A stretch of DNA of 62,340 nt, the filler included. It is 5 parts of 5 records of this genome, joined end to end, with 100 filler letters (N's around TTAATTAATTAA, not from the genome) between each part and the next. Parts side by side here need not be neighbours in the genome. Positions count along the whole stretch, not along the records: positions 1 to 7,138 come from SRR31156797_7437; positions 7,239 to 14,654 come from SRR31156797_7439; 3 more parts are not named here. One strand, written 5' to 3'. Each line of letters begins with the position of its first letter. The stretch's first letter is position 1. Made by a program: the position numbers and the translations under genes. The notes under the pieces are model-generated. The model was not told the DNA's origin, did no database searches, and saw nothing but the letters and a program-made list of their open reading frames with translations. Positions 1-9,072 of this stretch are shown here, one piece after another.

Positions 1-261
1 GAAGGAAGTTTTATGGCTTATCAAGGCATTTTTTCAATAATGTCAGAAGGTGAGAACATGCCTGCTTTTAATATCAATGCCGATAAAACAACCTGGATCT
101 ATTGGAAAGGGGGAGGAGCCGAAAGCGAATGGACCGATTTTACCTTTAGATGGCATGATTATGACGGGAACGGACTTTGGACTCCAGGAATTGACCGAGC
201 GAACAATTTTGATGGTCCGGAGGATATTCCCATGTGGACCTTTATGGTAGTGGAAGAGTAG
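1..261 (+). CDS. hypothetical protein, C-terminal fragment (5'-truncated by window edge)
   Basis: Frame 1 is open from base 1 (EGSFMAYQ...) to TAG at 259-261; Trp/Gly/Asp-rich protein-like composition; convergent with the next gene. Confidence 0.5.
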   Translation, partial: EGSFMAYQGIFSIMSEGENMPAFNINADKTTWIYWKGGGAESEWTDFTFRWHDYDGNGLWTPGIDRANNFDGPEDIPMWTFMVVEE

Positions 262-307
262 TTGGGAAACCCACAATTATGATTTGAACACTTATGCTAA
301 ACAATAA

Positions 308-2446
308 TTATTTTATTAGCACCATCTTTTTTATTTCAACGAAATTGTCTGCACAGAGACGATAAAAATATACACCTGAGCCGTATTCGGATGCATTCCA
401 ATCAATAGAATAGTAACCTGCTGATTTATATTCGTTTACAATCGAGGTAATTTCCTTTCCATTCATATCATATATGATCAATTTTACATCGCTATCGGCT
501 GATAACTGATATCTGATAGTTGTTGAAGGATTGAAGGGATTGGGATAATTCTGTGATAAAGCATAAGTGGCGGGGATATCATCGCTGATCGCGGTTTCCT
601 GGATTGTGAAAGATAAAACATCACTATAGGTCGTGCCGGCTTTATTGGTAGCGTAGGCCCGAATATAATAATTCGTACCGGGTGTTAAATTTCTGATATT
701 TGCTGAAAATACTCCGGCAGAATTCAGTATTCCTAATTTCTTTTCAGTATCAGAAATTGAAGGATCTCCCTCGGTATTCCAGCAAAAACCATGCATGGAA
801 GGTCTGGGGTAACCAAGTGTTGTTGCTTCTGCATTAATTACACAGGTTGTTGAGTCTATGCTTGTAATTTCTAAATTATCGATCACAGGTAATTGGTAGC
901 TTGTAAAATTTATGGTTTTTGAATAAGTCATACCCAGATCACTGATGATATAGGCTCGAATATAATAATAAGCATTGGGAATCAAGCCGCTGATCGTCGT
1001 TTGAAATATTCCGCTTGAATCAGCTGTACCCAATTCATTATGTTCATCTTTAAAGCTAAGGTCGCCTTCGGTATTCCAACAGAATCCATACTTATATGCC
1101 TTGGGGTCACCCGGATGGATCAGATCCCCTGTGATATTTGCAGATCCCTCTGCAACATTTGCGACTGAGTTGATCATGATCCGCGGAAGTGGGGATTGAA
1201 AATATAGGTGAGGGTAGCCATCATTGATCGTATCGCACATCCCCCAAATTGAGTTAAGATCCCATCCTGCATTCAAGAATATCGTACTGGATTTCATTGC
1301 ATCTGTGCTTTGACCTTGTGCTCCATCTATTGTGCTTAACTGCCCGGAAGAGTCAATATCCCAGAAATTACCATTCATTGTACTCGGACCATCTGAGTTG
1401 ATCTCACCTATAAAACCTTTGTCGGTCGGATCAGCAATATCTGTGAATCTAACACTATCAGTCGAATAACAATTTGTAATAGTAGCTTGATCCATGAAGC
1501 CAACGAATCCGGCAGCTGCTCTACCAGCATAACTTGTTTCACAGGTTACATTTCCTTTGCTAAAGCAGTTTTGTATCAATGATTCTGAATTACAGCCTGC
1601 AAAACCACCTACGGAATTTTCCCCATATACTTCACATGTCGTATAGCAGTTCTCAATTGTGCCGGAATGTCCGTTTGAGCCTACAAATCCACCTACATAG
1701 GTATCTCCCGTTACATTTCCTAAACAATAGCAAGCTGATATTGTTGCGTCAGTGTTTATGCCGACTAACCCACCAACCATCATATAAGAATCAACATCTC
1801 CTGTACTTGAGCAATTTATTACCGGACCATCCCCATTGTGCCCGATCAGGCCACCCGCTGCTGTACCCATTGAATTATCTGAAGTTACACTAACACTACT
1901 TGAACAATCTTTTACCTTAGATTCAATACTGTTTCCTATCAGTCCACCTATAAAATCATCTCCTATCAAAGTGCCTTCACTTGAACAATTTATGATATCA
2001 GTCTGATTATTACTACCTACAAGAGTCCCTGTAAACATATTTCCGGTGATTGTCGTATTTAATAATTTAAGATTTTTTATAGATGCCAGATATGTTTCTC
2101 CAAATAAGCCTACACCATCAGTACTGGGTCGATTGATAAAGAGTCCATTTATACTCTTGTGATTTCCATCATATGTACCAGTGAATTTATTAAAATTCCC
2201 CAAAGGATACCAACCTTGATTACCGTCCCAGGTATTGATTTCAACCGGGAAGGTAATATCAGCTGTCTGAATAAAGTTTTTATCCCACAATGAGGTATTG
2301 GTTCTTATCCAATATAGATTTTCCCATGTAGCAATTTGATAGGGATCACTTGCAGTACCGGTTCCAGAGGTGGGGGTAGTGGCGGTTTGGCCGGATAGAT
2401 TAACCGCAACGAACATTAAAATGATCAGTAAAAATAGTTTTTTCAT
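308..2446 (-). CDS. secreted GLUG-repeat / beta-helix protein with two FN3-like repeats and a C-terminal secretion-sorting-type (FlgD-Ig/T9SS type A-like) domain
   Basis: Signal peptide MKKLFLLIILMFVAVNLSG-Q; GTGTASDPYQI and FTGTYDGN motifs; repeated VGGLVG/IGGLIG units; duplicated GFCWNTEGD...YYIRAY modules; C-terminal YALSQNYPNPFNPSTTIRY...SGVYFYRL...KKMVLIK. Confidence 0.85.
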   Translation of the reverse strand: MKKLFLLIILMFVAVNLSGQTATTPTSGTGTASDPYQIATWENLYWIRTNTSLWDKNFIQTADITFPVEINTWDGNQGWYPLGNFNKFTGTYDGNHKSINGLFINRPSTDGVGLFGETYLASIKNLKLLNTTITGNMFTGTLVGSNNQTDIINCSSEGTLIGDDFIGGLIGNSIESKVKDCSSSVSVTSDNSMGTAAGGLIGHNGDGPVINCSSTGDVDSYMMVGGLVGINTDATISACYCLGNVTGDTYVGGFVGSNGHSGTIENCYTTCEVYGENSVGGFAGCNSESLIQNCFSKGNVTCETSYAGRAAAGFVGFMDQATITNCYSTDSVRFTDIADPTDKGFIGEINSDGPSTMNGNFWDIDSSGQLSTIDGAQGQSTDAMKSSTIFLNAGWDLNSIWGMCDTINDGYPHLYFQSPLPRIMINSVANVAEGSANITGDLIHPGDPKAYKYGFCWNTEGDLSFKDEHNELGTADSSGIFQTTISGLIPNAYYYIRAYIISDLGMTYSKTINFTSYQLPVIDNLEITSIDSTTCVINAEATTLGYPRPSMHGFCWNTEGDPSISDTEKKLGILNSAGVFSANIRNLTPGTNYYIRAYATNKAGTTYSDVLSFTIQETAISDDIPATYALSQNYPNPFNPSTTIRYQLSADSDVKLIIYDMNGKEITSIVNEYKSAGYYSIDWNASEYGSGVYFYRLCADNFVEIKKMVLIK

Positions 2447-2460
2447 ATTTTATCCAAAAT

Positions 2461-2991
2461 TTAGTTCAAGGCTATGCTTAACCCGATACCGACACCCGGT
2501 TTGTAATCTTGAGATACGGGTTGAAATTTCTTTAACTCTAATTGTATATGATGTTTTTTCTTAAGTTCATACGCAATACTACCACTTGAAGTCATGATCA
2601 GTCCAACTCCGGTAACACCCATGGTAGCACCCCCGCCGATCAAGGCTAATCCACCTCCATATTGAATAACGTAGACCGATAATATGATCGGCCAGAACAT
2701 TACCCACGAATTATCATCTTCATCACCTGAACCAAGGCTGATAAAAGGTTCGGCTGTGACCATGGCAACTCCTGCCACAACTGATAAAGCACTCACTCCT
2801 GTTAAAGCGACACCACCTGCCGTAACCATTGATGATACGAACACATCATTATTTACCCGCTTCAATTGATAGTTGAGTTGATCTTCGTTCAATTTGCTGT
2901 ACATATTTTTGTAACCCGAAATATCATTAAATTGAGCAAAAATTATAATAGGAAGGGATACGATCAAAATCATGATGATCAAACGTTTCAT
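2461..2991 (-). CDS. hypothetical exported/membrane protein with Gly-rich hydrophobic segments
   Basis: Start reassigned to ATG 2991 (MKRLIIMILIVSLPIIIFA-Q, signal-peptide-like; AGAGGA upstream); two Gly-rich hydrophobic stretches; stop is 14 nt before the next gene. Confidence 0.65.
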   Translation of the reverse strand: MKRLIIMILIVSLPIIIFAQFNDISGYKNMYSKLNEDQLNYQLKRVNNDVFVSSMVTAGGVALTGVSALSVVAGVAMVTAEPFISLGSGDEDDNSWVMFWPIILSVYVIQYGGGLALIGGGATMGVTGVGLIMTSSGSIAYELKKKHHIQLELKKFQPVSQDYKPGVGIGLSIALN

Positions 2992-3114
2992 AGCAGTTCC
3001 TCTTATTGAATGCAATAGTAATAGAATTAATACAGTGAAAGTTCCATAGATTTGAAGATAAATGCAAGGATTAATTATTTGATTCGGTAGCATAATAAGA
3101 ATTTAGGCTAAAAT

Positions 3115-3170
3115 GTAGGGGCGACACTTGAGTCGCCCGTTGACCAGGGCGGGCCAAGTCCCGCCCGTAC
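3115..3170. repeat. inverted pair of GTAG-type REP-like palindromes
   Basis: GTAG-GGGCGAC-ACTTGA-GTCGCCC on + (3115-3138) and GTAC-GGGCGGG-ACTTG-GCCCGCCC on - (3147-3170). Confidence 0.7.
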
Positions 3171-3202
3171 ATGAGCATTAAAAATATTATAAAAGGGAAA
3201 AA

Positions 3203-3227
3203 AGACAAGGCGATGCCTTGTCTCAAC
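3203..3227. repeat. REP-like palindrome / possible terminator downstream of leuB
   Basis: AGACAAGGC-GAT-GCCTTGTCT followed by CAAC (GTTG on -, a GTAG variant); T-rich run follows on the minus strand. Confidence 0.6.
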
Positions 3228-3258
3228 AATTATTTATCACGGATATGTTTTTGATTAT

Positions 3259-4347
3259 TTACATTTTCCCAAGAATCAAATCACCCATTTCCCTGGTTCC
3301 CACCAACTTGCATCCGGGATCCTTAATGTCACCCGTTCGATAGCCTTCGTTCAGGACGGATTCAACTGCATTTGCGATATCATCATAGGCTTCTGTCATG
3401 TCGAAGGAGTATTTCAGCATCATAGCTGCGCTCATGATCTGGGCAATGGGATTCGCTACACCTTGTCCGGCAATATCGGGTGCCGAACCGCCGCCGGGTT
3501 CATACATACCGAAGGAACCATCTGCAAGAGATGCTGAAGGAAGCATGCCAAGTGAACCGGTAATGGCTGCAGCTTCATCGGAAAGAATGTCGCCGAACAT
3601 ATTTCCACATAGCATGACATCAAACTGAGAGGGACGAACGGTCAACTGCTGTGCGGCATTATCCACATACATGGGTTCATAGCTGACATCCGGATATTCT
3701 TTGGCTACTTCTTCTACAACTTCACGCCAGAACACCATGGTAGTCAGTACGTTAGCCTTATCAATTGAAATTACTTTCTTATCTCTGGTTTGTGCAGCTT
3801 TAAAGGCAATATGCGCAATTCTGCGAATTTCATTTTTAGCGTAGACCATTGTATCAAAGGCATATTCTTCTTCACCTTTACCGGCGCGTCCTTTGGGATC
3901 GCCAAAGTAAATGCCGCCGGTCAGTTCACGTACGACTAGAATATCAAATCCTTTTTCAGCTGTATCGGCACGTAAGGGTGAGGCAGCTGCCAGAGCAGGG
4001 TAGAGCTTGGCCGGACGCAGGTTAGCGTAGAGTTTGAACTCTTTTCGGAGTCCAAGAAGGGAATTGACTTCAACTCGTGACCATTTTTCAAGGTGCTGCT
4101 CAGCGACCGGTCCACCAACAGAACCAAATAGTATGGCATCTGCACGATGACATGCATCCAGTGTTGCTTTGGGAAGATGGTTTTTATACTCGTCCCAGGC
4201 AGCACCGCCCACTGGGGCGTGCTCGTACTCGAATTCTACATCGTATTTTTCTTCGACCTTGGCAAGGATCTTCAGAGCCTCGTCCATGACCTCGGGACCG
4301 ATACCGTCGCCGGGGAGAACTGCTATTTTGTGTTTCATTGGATTCAT
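3259..4347 (-). CDS. leuB: 3-isopropylmalate dehydrogenase
   Basis: [38 protein letters not shown] and [12 protein letters not shown] motifs. Confidence 0.96.
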   Translation of the reverse strand: MNPMKHKIAVLPGDGIGPEVMDEALKILAKVEEKYDVEFEYEHAPVGGAAWDEYKNHLPKATLDACHRADAILFGSVGGPVAEQHLEKWSRVEVNSLLGLRKEFKLYANLRPAKLYPALAAASPLRADTAEKGFDILVVRELTGGIYFGDPKGRAGKGEEEYAFDTMVYAKNEIRRIAHIAFKAAQTRDKKVISIDKANVLTTMVFWREVVEEVAKEYPDVSYEPMYVDNAAQQLTVRPSQFDVMLCGNMFGDILSDEAAAITGSLGMLPSASLADGSFGMYEPGGGSAPDIAGQGVANPIAQIMSAAMMLKYSFDMTEAYDDIANAVESVLNEGYRTGDIKDPGCKLVGTREMGDLILGKM

Positions 4348-4385
4348 ATCCTTTAATTTTTATTTTACTTCATTTTATTAGTTTG

Positions 4386-4502
4386 AAGCGGAGAAGCGGG
4401 GAGAGGGAGATGAGGAGTTTGAATATCGAATAACGATGTTTCTTGTTCGTATATCTCCTAAACTCCTAAACAGCGAAGCGCTAAACCTCTAAATTTCTAA
4501 AC
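4386..4502. repeat. intergenic short (~8-nt) degenerate tandem repeats forming an imperfect long hairpin
   Basis: Purine-rich GAGAAGCG/GGAGAGG/GAGATGAG arm and pyrimidine-rich CTCCTAAA CTCCTAAA ... CCTCTAAA TTTCTAAA arm flanking a central imperfect inverted repeat. Confidence 0.5.
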
Positions 4503-4526
4503 GTTTCTCAAATAACCATTTATGAC

Positions 4527-4550
4527 CAACGCGATGCATCGCGTTGCTAC
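4527..4550 (-). repeat. GTAG-type REP-like palindrome
   Basis: On -: GTAG followed by the perfect 20-bp palindrome CAACGCGATGCATCGCGTTG. Confidence 0.75.
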
Positions 4551-4557
4551 AATTATA

Positions 4558-6147
4558 TCAATTTCCCATATTCTCCGGGTTTACTTCATGCAAAAACCAA
4601 CTTACCGAATCCGTCAAGGCATCCCATGAGGCTTCATCCGTATTGGTGGATACACCTACAGTATTAATACGTTTATTTCCGTATGCAGATTCGATCAAAA
4701 CACGAACCTTTGCCCCTGTGGCTTCATTACCGTTGATGACTCGAACTTTATAATCGACCAATCTTAAAAGCTTGATCTCGGGATAAAACGGCCGTAAAGC
4801 CTGACGCAATGCTCTATCCAAGGCATGTACAGGACCGTCACCTTCGGCAGCGGTATGTTCCTTTTTATCATTGACCAGCATGCGAACAGTCGCTTCGGAG
4901 CGTGGAGTTGAGGTTGTATCTTTTTCTACAAGGACCCTGAATCCTTCTAAATTAAAATAACTCTTCCATTCACCTGTGATCTTTTTGATCAACAGCTTTA
5001 AGGAGTCCTCGGCACCTTCGTATTGGTAACCATCGTGCTCTTTTTGCTTAAGTGTCTTAATGATCTGCGGGATCTTGGTGATATGTTTCTTTATATCTAC
5101 ACCAAGCTCATCTGCTTTATAGACCAGATTACTTATTCCTGAAAGATCCGACATTAAAACTTCGCGTTTGTTTCCAACCGTTTCGGGTTTTATATGCTCA
5201 TATGTTGCGGAATCTTTCATTACGGCTGATACATGTATGCCACCCTTATGTGCAAAAGCGGAAGTACCAACAAAAGGCATATTGCTTGCAGGGGGCAGGT
5301 TAGCCAATTCTGAGATAAAATGAGAGATGCGTGTGAGCTGAGAAATTTGATCATCAGGTATACAGTTATAATCGCGTTTTATCTGCAGATTCGGTATCAC
5401 CGAACATAGATTGGCATTTCCACAGCGCTCACCGTAACCGTTGATCGTTCCTTGAACATGCTGGCATCCTGCTTCGACAGCGGCTACTGTATTGGCAACT
5501 GCCATACCCGAATCATTATGCAGATGAACTCCTACACGTCCTTTTACTCTTTGGAGTATCTCTTTGATAATATAAAGCAATTCCAAGGTCTGTGTGCCGC
5601 CGTTCGTGTCGCAAAGGACCAATGTGTCGGCACCGGCTTTTTCGGCTGCTAGAAGCGTTTCAAGGGCGTAATCGGGGTCTTCTTTGTATCCGTCAAAGAA
5701 GTGTTCGGCATCATAGATCACTTCTTTACCGTTCTTTTTTAAATGCGCAACAGAATCCGAGATCAGCTTGATATTTTCTTCAAGTGATATTTTTAGTGCT
5801 TTTTTTACATGAAGGGTCCAGGATTTTCCGAAGATCGCAACAGCCGGTGTATCTGCATCTAGAAGAGCCTTTATGTTCGGATCCTTTTCCACTGAGTATT
5901 TCGCCCTGCGGGTGGAACCGAATGCAACCAATTTTGCATGCTCAAATTTTATATCTTTGGCTTGCTCAAAGAAAAGCTGATCTTTGGGATTGGATCCCGG
6001 CCATCCGCCTTCAATGTAATCAATACCGAATGCATCCAGCTCCTGGGCAATGCGCAATTTATCTTCCAAAGAGAAAGAAATATCCGCACTTTGGGTACCG
6101 TCACGGAGAAGGGTGTCGAATATGTGAATTTTTTGTTTGTCGTTCAT
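4558..6147 (-). CDS. cimA: citramalate synthase (DRE-TIM family with LeuA-type regulatory domain)
   Basis: DTLLRDGTQ, IEGGWPGSNPKD, YDAEHFFDGY, HLHND, GERCGN, AHKGGIH and DYKVRV motifs typical of the bacterial CimA clade. Confidence 0.9.
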   Translation of the reverse strand: MNDKQKIHIFDTLLRDGTQSADISFSLEDKLRIAQELDAFGIDYIEGGWPGSNPKDQLFFEQAKDIKFEHAKLVAFGSTRRAKYSVEKDPNIKALLDADTPAVAIFGKSWTLHVKKALKISLEENIKLISDSVAHLKKNGKEVIYDAEHFFDGYKEDPDYALETLLAAEKAGADTLVLCDTNGGTQTLELLYIIKEILQRVKGRVGVHLHNDSGMAVANTVAAVEAGCQHVQGTINGYGERCGNANLCSVIPNLQIKRDYNCIPDDQISQLTRISHFISELANLPPASNMPFVGTSAFAHKGGIHVSAVMKDSATYEHIKPETVGNKREVLMSDLSGISNLVYKADELGVDIKKHITKIPQIIKTLKQKEHDGYQYEGAEDSLKLLIKKITGEWKSYFNLEGFRVLVEKDTTSTPRSEATVRMLVNDKKEHTAAEGDGPVHALDRALRQALRPFYPEIKLLRLVDYKVRVINGNEATGAKVRVLIESAYGNKRINTVGVSTNTDEASWDALTDSVSWFLHEVNPENMGN

Positions 6148-6181
6148 AAAATGCTCAATTGTTCATTGTAATGAAATTAAT

Positions 6182-6209
6182 GTAGGGACGCGATGCATCG
6201 CGTCCTTAC
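6182..6209 (+). repeat. GTAG-type REP-like palindrome
   Basis: GTAG-GGACGCGATGCATCGCGTCC-TTAC; shares the ACGCGATGCATCGCGT core with 4527-4550. Confidence 0.75.
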
Positions 6210-6226
6210 AGCATTATTTTACAAAA

Positions 6227-7138
6227 TTATTTTTTCGTCCAAGACATCATTCCACGCAACTTAGCACCAACTTTTTCGATAAGATGTTTTTCATCATCTT
6301 CTTTGATCTTGGTGTAAGTGGGACGACCTGTTTCGTTTTCTTTGATCCATTCATCGGCAAATTGACCGCTTTGGACCTCTTCGAGAATTTTCTTCATTTC
6401 TTTGCGTGTATCATCGGTGATCACACGACGACCGCGAGTCAAGTCACCATATTCTGCCGTATCGGAGATGGAAGAGCGCATATTGGCAATACCACCTTCA
6501 AAAACGAGATCGGTAATGAGTTTGACTTCATGCAGACATTCAAAATAAGCCATTTCGGGTTTATAACCGGCTTCTACAAGCGTATCAAATCCGGCGCGTA
6601 TCAGTTCAGTCAAACCACCGCAAAGCACGGCTTGTTCACCAAATAGATCAGTTTCAGTCTCTTCGCGGAAAGTCGCTTCAATAATACCTGAACGTCCTGC
6701 ACCAACGCCACAAGCCTGAGTAAGGGCAAGTTCACGTGCATCGCCGGTTGCATTTTGATAAACAGCGATCAAAGCAGGTACGCCAAAACCTTCTTCAAAT
6801 TGACGGCGGACAAGGTGTCCGGGACCTTTAGGGGCGACCATGTAAACGTCCACATCTTCCGGCGGGACGATCTGTTTGTAATGAATATTGAATCCATGTG
6901 AAAATACAAGAGCCTTGCCCGTGGTCATGTTTTCTGCTATTTCAGCTTCGTAAACTTTTTTCTGAGCTTCATCGGGAAGCAGGATCTGAACGATATCCGC
7001 TTTAGCTGAGGCTTCTTTGGCAGACATGGGTTTAAAACCATGTTCAACGGCCAGTTTGTAGTTATCTGTGCCTTCCAATTCGGCGATGATGACATTGTAA
7101 CCGCTGTCGCGTAGGTTTTGCGCCTGGGCGTGACCTTG
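6227..7138 (-). CDS. ilvC: ketol-acid reductoisomerase (class I), 5'-truncated at contig edge
   Basis: Frame is open to the N run: [13 protein letters not shown]..., [53 protein letters not shown]. Confidence 0.96.
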   Translation of the reverse strand, partial: QGHAQAQNLRDSGYNVIIAELEGTDNYKLAVEHGFKPMSAKEASAKADIVQILLPDEAQKKVYEAEIAENMTTGKALVFSHGFNIHYKQIVPPEDVDVYMVAPKGPGHLVRRQFEEGFGVPALIAVYQNATGDARELALTQACGVGAGRSGIIEATFREETETDLFGEQAVLCGGLTELIRAGFDTLVEAGYKPEMAYFECLHEVKLITDLVFEGGIANMRSSISDTAEYGDLTRGRRVITDDTRKEMKKILEEVQSGQFADEWIKENETGRPTYTKIKEDDEKHLIEKVGAKLRGMMSWTKK

Positions 7139-7238
7139 NNNNNNNNNNNNNNNNNNNNNNNNNNNNNNNNNNNNNNNNNNNNTTAATTAATTAANNNNNN
7201 NNNNNNNNNNNNNNNNNNNNNNNNNNNNNNNNNNNNNN
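7139..7238. other. artificial contig-joining spacer
   Basis: 44 N + TTAATTAATTAA (stops in all six frames) + 44 N; GC content and gene style change across it. Confidence 0.98.
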
Positions 7239-9072
7239 CCGCACCCATTACCGGTCCGGCGGATTGTTTTCGCACAATTAAAAGAAATGGAAAAACGACC
7301 AGTGCTAAAATGATCAATAGCAGCAGCAATTGAGGCGCGAATAGAGATTCATGAATGGCTCCCGACCGGTTTTTGTTATTTTCATTAGTCGGCGCTCCCT
7401 GGACATAACTTGATAGAGCAAAACCATATAGAATCGCCGAAGGCCTGTCATCCAGATTTACGCCGGCGGTTGTCCGGGAAATGCTTTTTGCATAATCGTC
7501 TAGAACTGGTTGCGATGATTCCTGGCCGAAAAGGGAGATTTTTTTCTCCAGCACGCCGTCGAACAAGCTTTCAAAATAAACCACAGCCTGCTCCGGTGAC
7601 AGAGGCGCCCGGGTAATATGGCCGTTTTCTTCGATTTCCAGGTAAGGAACCGCATCCGGTCTTTGGGATATTCTTTCAGCAAGAATTTGGGGATCCAGGC
7701 TTAGGTTATCTTTTTTTTCAGAAGCGATAAGCAGGCCGCCGAAGATGGGGGCGGCAATTGAATGGGGAAAAACCTGATCCAGGGCGGCTTTGATCGAAGC
7801 TGTTCTACGGGCCATAAGTCTTCCGGTATATATTGAAGAAGCGCCGTAGGACGGCAGAACCAGGCAAAAAGCGCCGTCCGGCGCCAGCGCGCTTTTAACT
7901 TCCATAAAAAATTCCACAGCGGCGTACCTGTTGATCGCCATGTTGTCGGGTTCTGGCAGTATGACCAGAACAAGGTCCCAGGCGTTCTTCCTGGACTGTT
8001 TGACCATTGCCCGGCCATCCATGTTTATTATTTTTAGTTTTGGGTTGCCAGGCGTCAGCAGACCGGCCTTTATCGATATGTCTATGAGCCGGGGATTAAG
8101 TTCGGCGACCGATAAAACTTCCGGATTGTGTTCCAGTATCCGGTCGGGCAAGCGGCTTAGGGTCGCTCCAATAAGCAGAATTTTTTCCGGGGCGGGATGT
8201 TGACCGCACATAATGGCGGCAAGCGGGCGATCGACATTAATATTGTTTTCTTCATCCATGGTCCCGATCAAGCCCGCGTTCTGATAAACGGATACTGGAG
8301 CGTTTTCAGACTTAAGCACAGTCAGGCGACCGTATTTTGTTTCGCTCACTTCATGCAGGGCGAGTCCGGGGATCATTTGCCGCCAACGTGTTTTTTCTGA
8401 CAGAAAATCAAGAGGCGCCGCCAGGCCGCTTATAAGCAGGAGCGCGGAAACAGAGTAATATATAAACGCACGGCCTTTAATTACCAGGTGAACCAGATAG
8501 GTGAACATGGCGCCGCTAACCAGGGCCAATCTGACCGGCTGCCCTATCCATGATCCGATAACGACCATGGCGGCAGCGCCGCCTACCATGGCGCCCACAG
8601 CTTCTGCGCGATAAAAGCGGCTGAAAAAACCAGCCGAAAAAAACCTGAGAACAAGGCTGAACTGAAAACCGGAAAGAAAAGCCAGTGGCGCGACGCCTCC
8701 CAGTGAGATAAAAATAGCTCGATCTAAAGCTATCATCTGTCCGGGAGCAAGCCCGGCATCCCATCCCCAAAGGCGCATGCAAATCAATTGGCCGGCCAGC
8801 ATGGGGCCGTTAAAGAACAAGCTCGTTTTCAGCCATGAAACCGAATTCAGTTTTTGCAAACGGCCTGTTCCTCCTAAAGCGGCGCCCAGGGCGCACCAGG
8901 CCAGCCAGGCAAAAAAAATGGTCCCGAAAAGGAATTCACTGCCGTGGGTCATGGCCAGAATTTCCCGGAAAACAAGAACCTGCCCGATTTGGGAAAAACA
9001 ACCGATCAGGACAAGGCCGAGGGTAGCATTCCTGGAGTCAGGAAGATAATCGTTTTTTTTATTCAGCCCCAT
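7239..9072 (-). CDS. polytopic membrane protein fused to a spermidine-synthase-like SAM-binding domain (3'-truncated)
   Basis: N-terminal TM bundle (QIGQVLVFRE...GSE, YRAEAVGAMVGG); ETKYGRL; ILLIG..., ELNP, MDGR, DLVLVILPEP, EFF...LAPDG pattern; further TM segment at the contig edge; overlaps the upstream gene by 10 nt. Confidence 0.75.

Noticed and set aside
7183-7194. TTAATTAATTAA palindrome repeated four times; ORF-track proteins ending in XXXX-LIN
   Set aside because: Artificial six-frame-stop linker within N padding, not biological.
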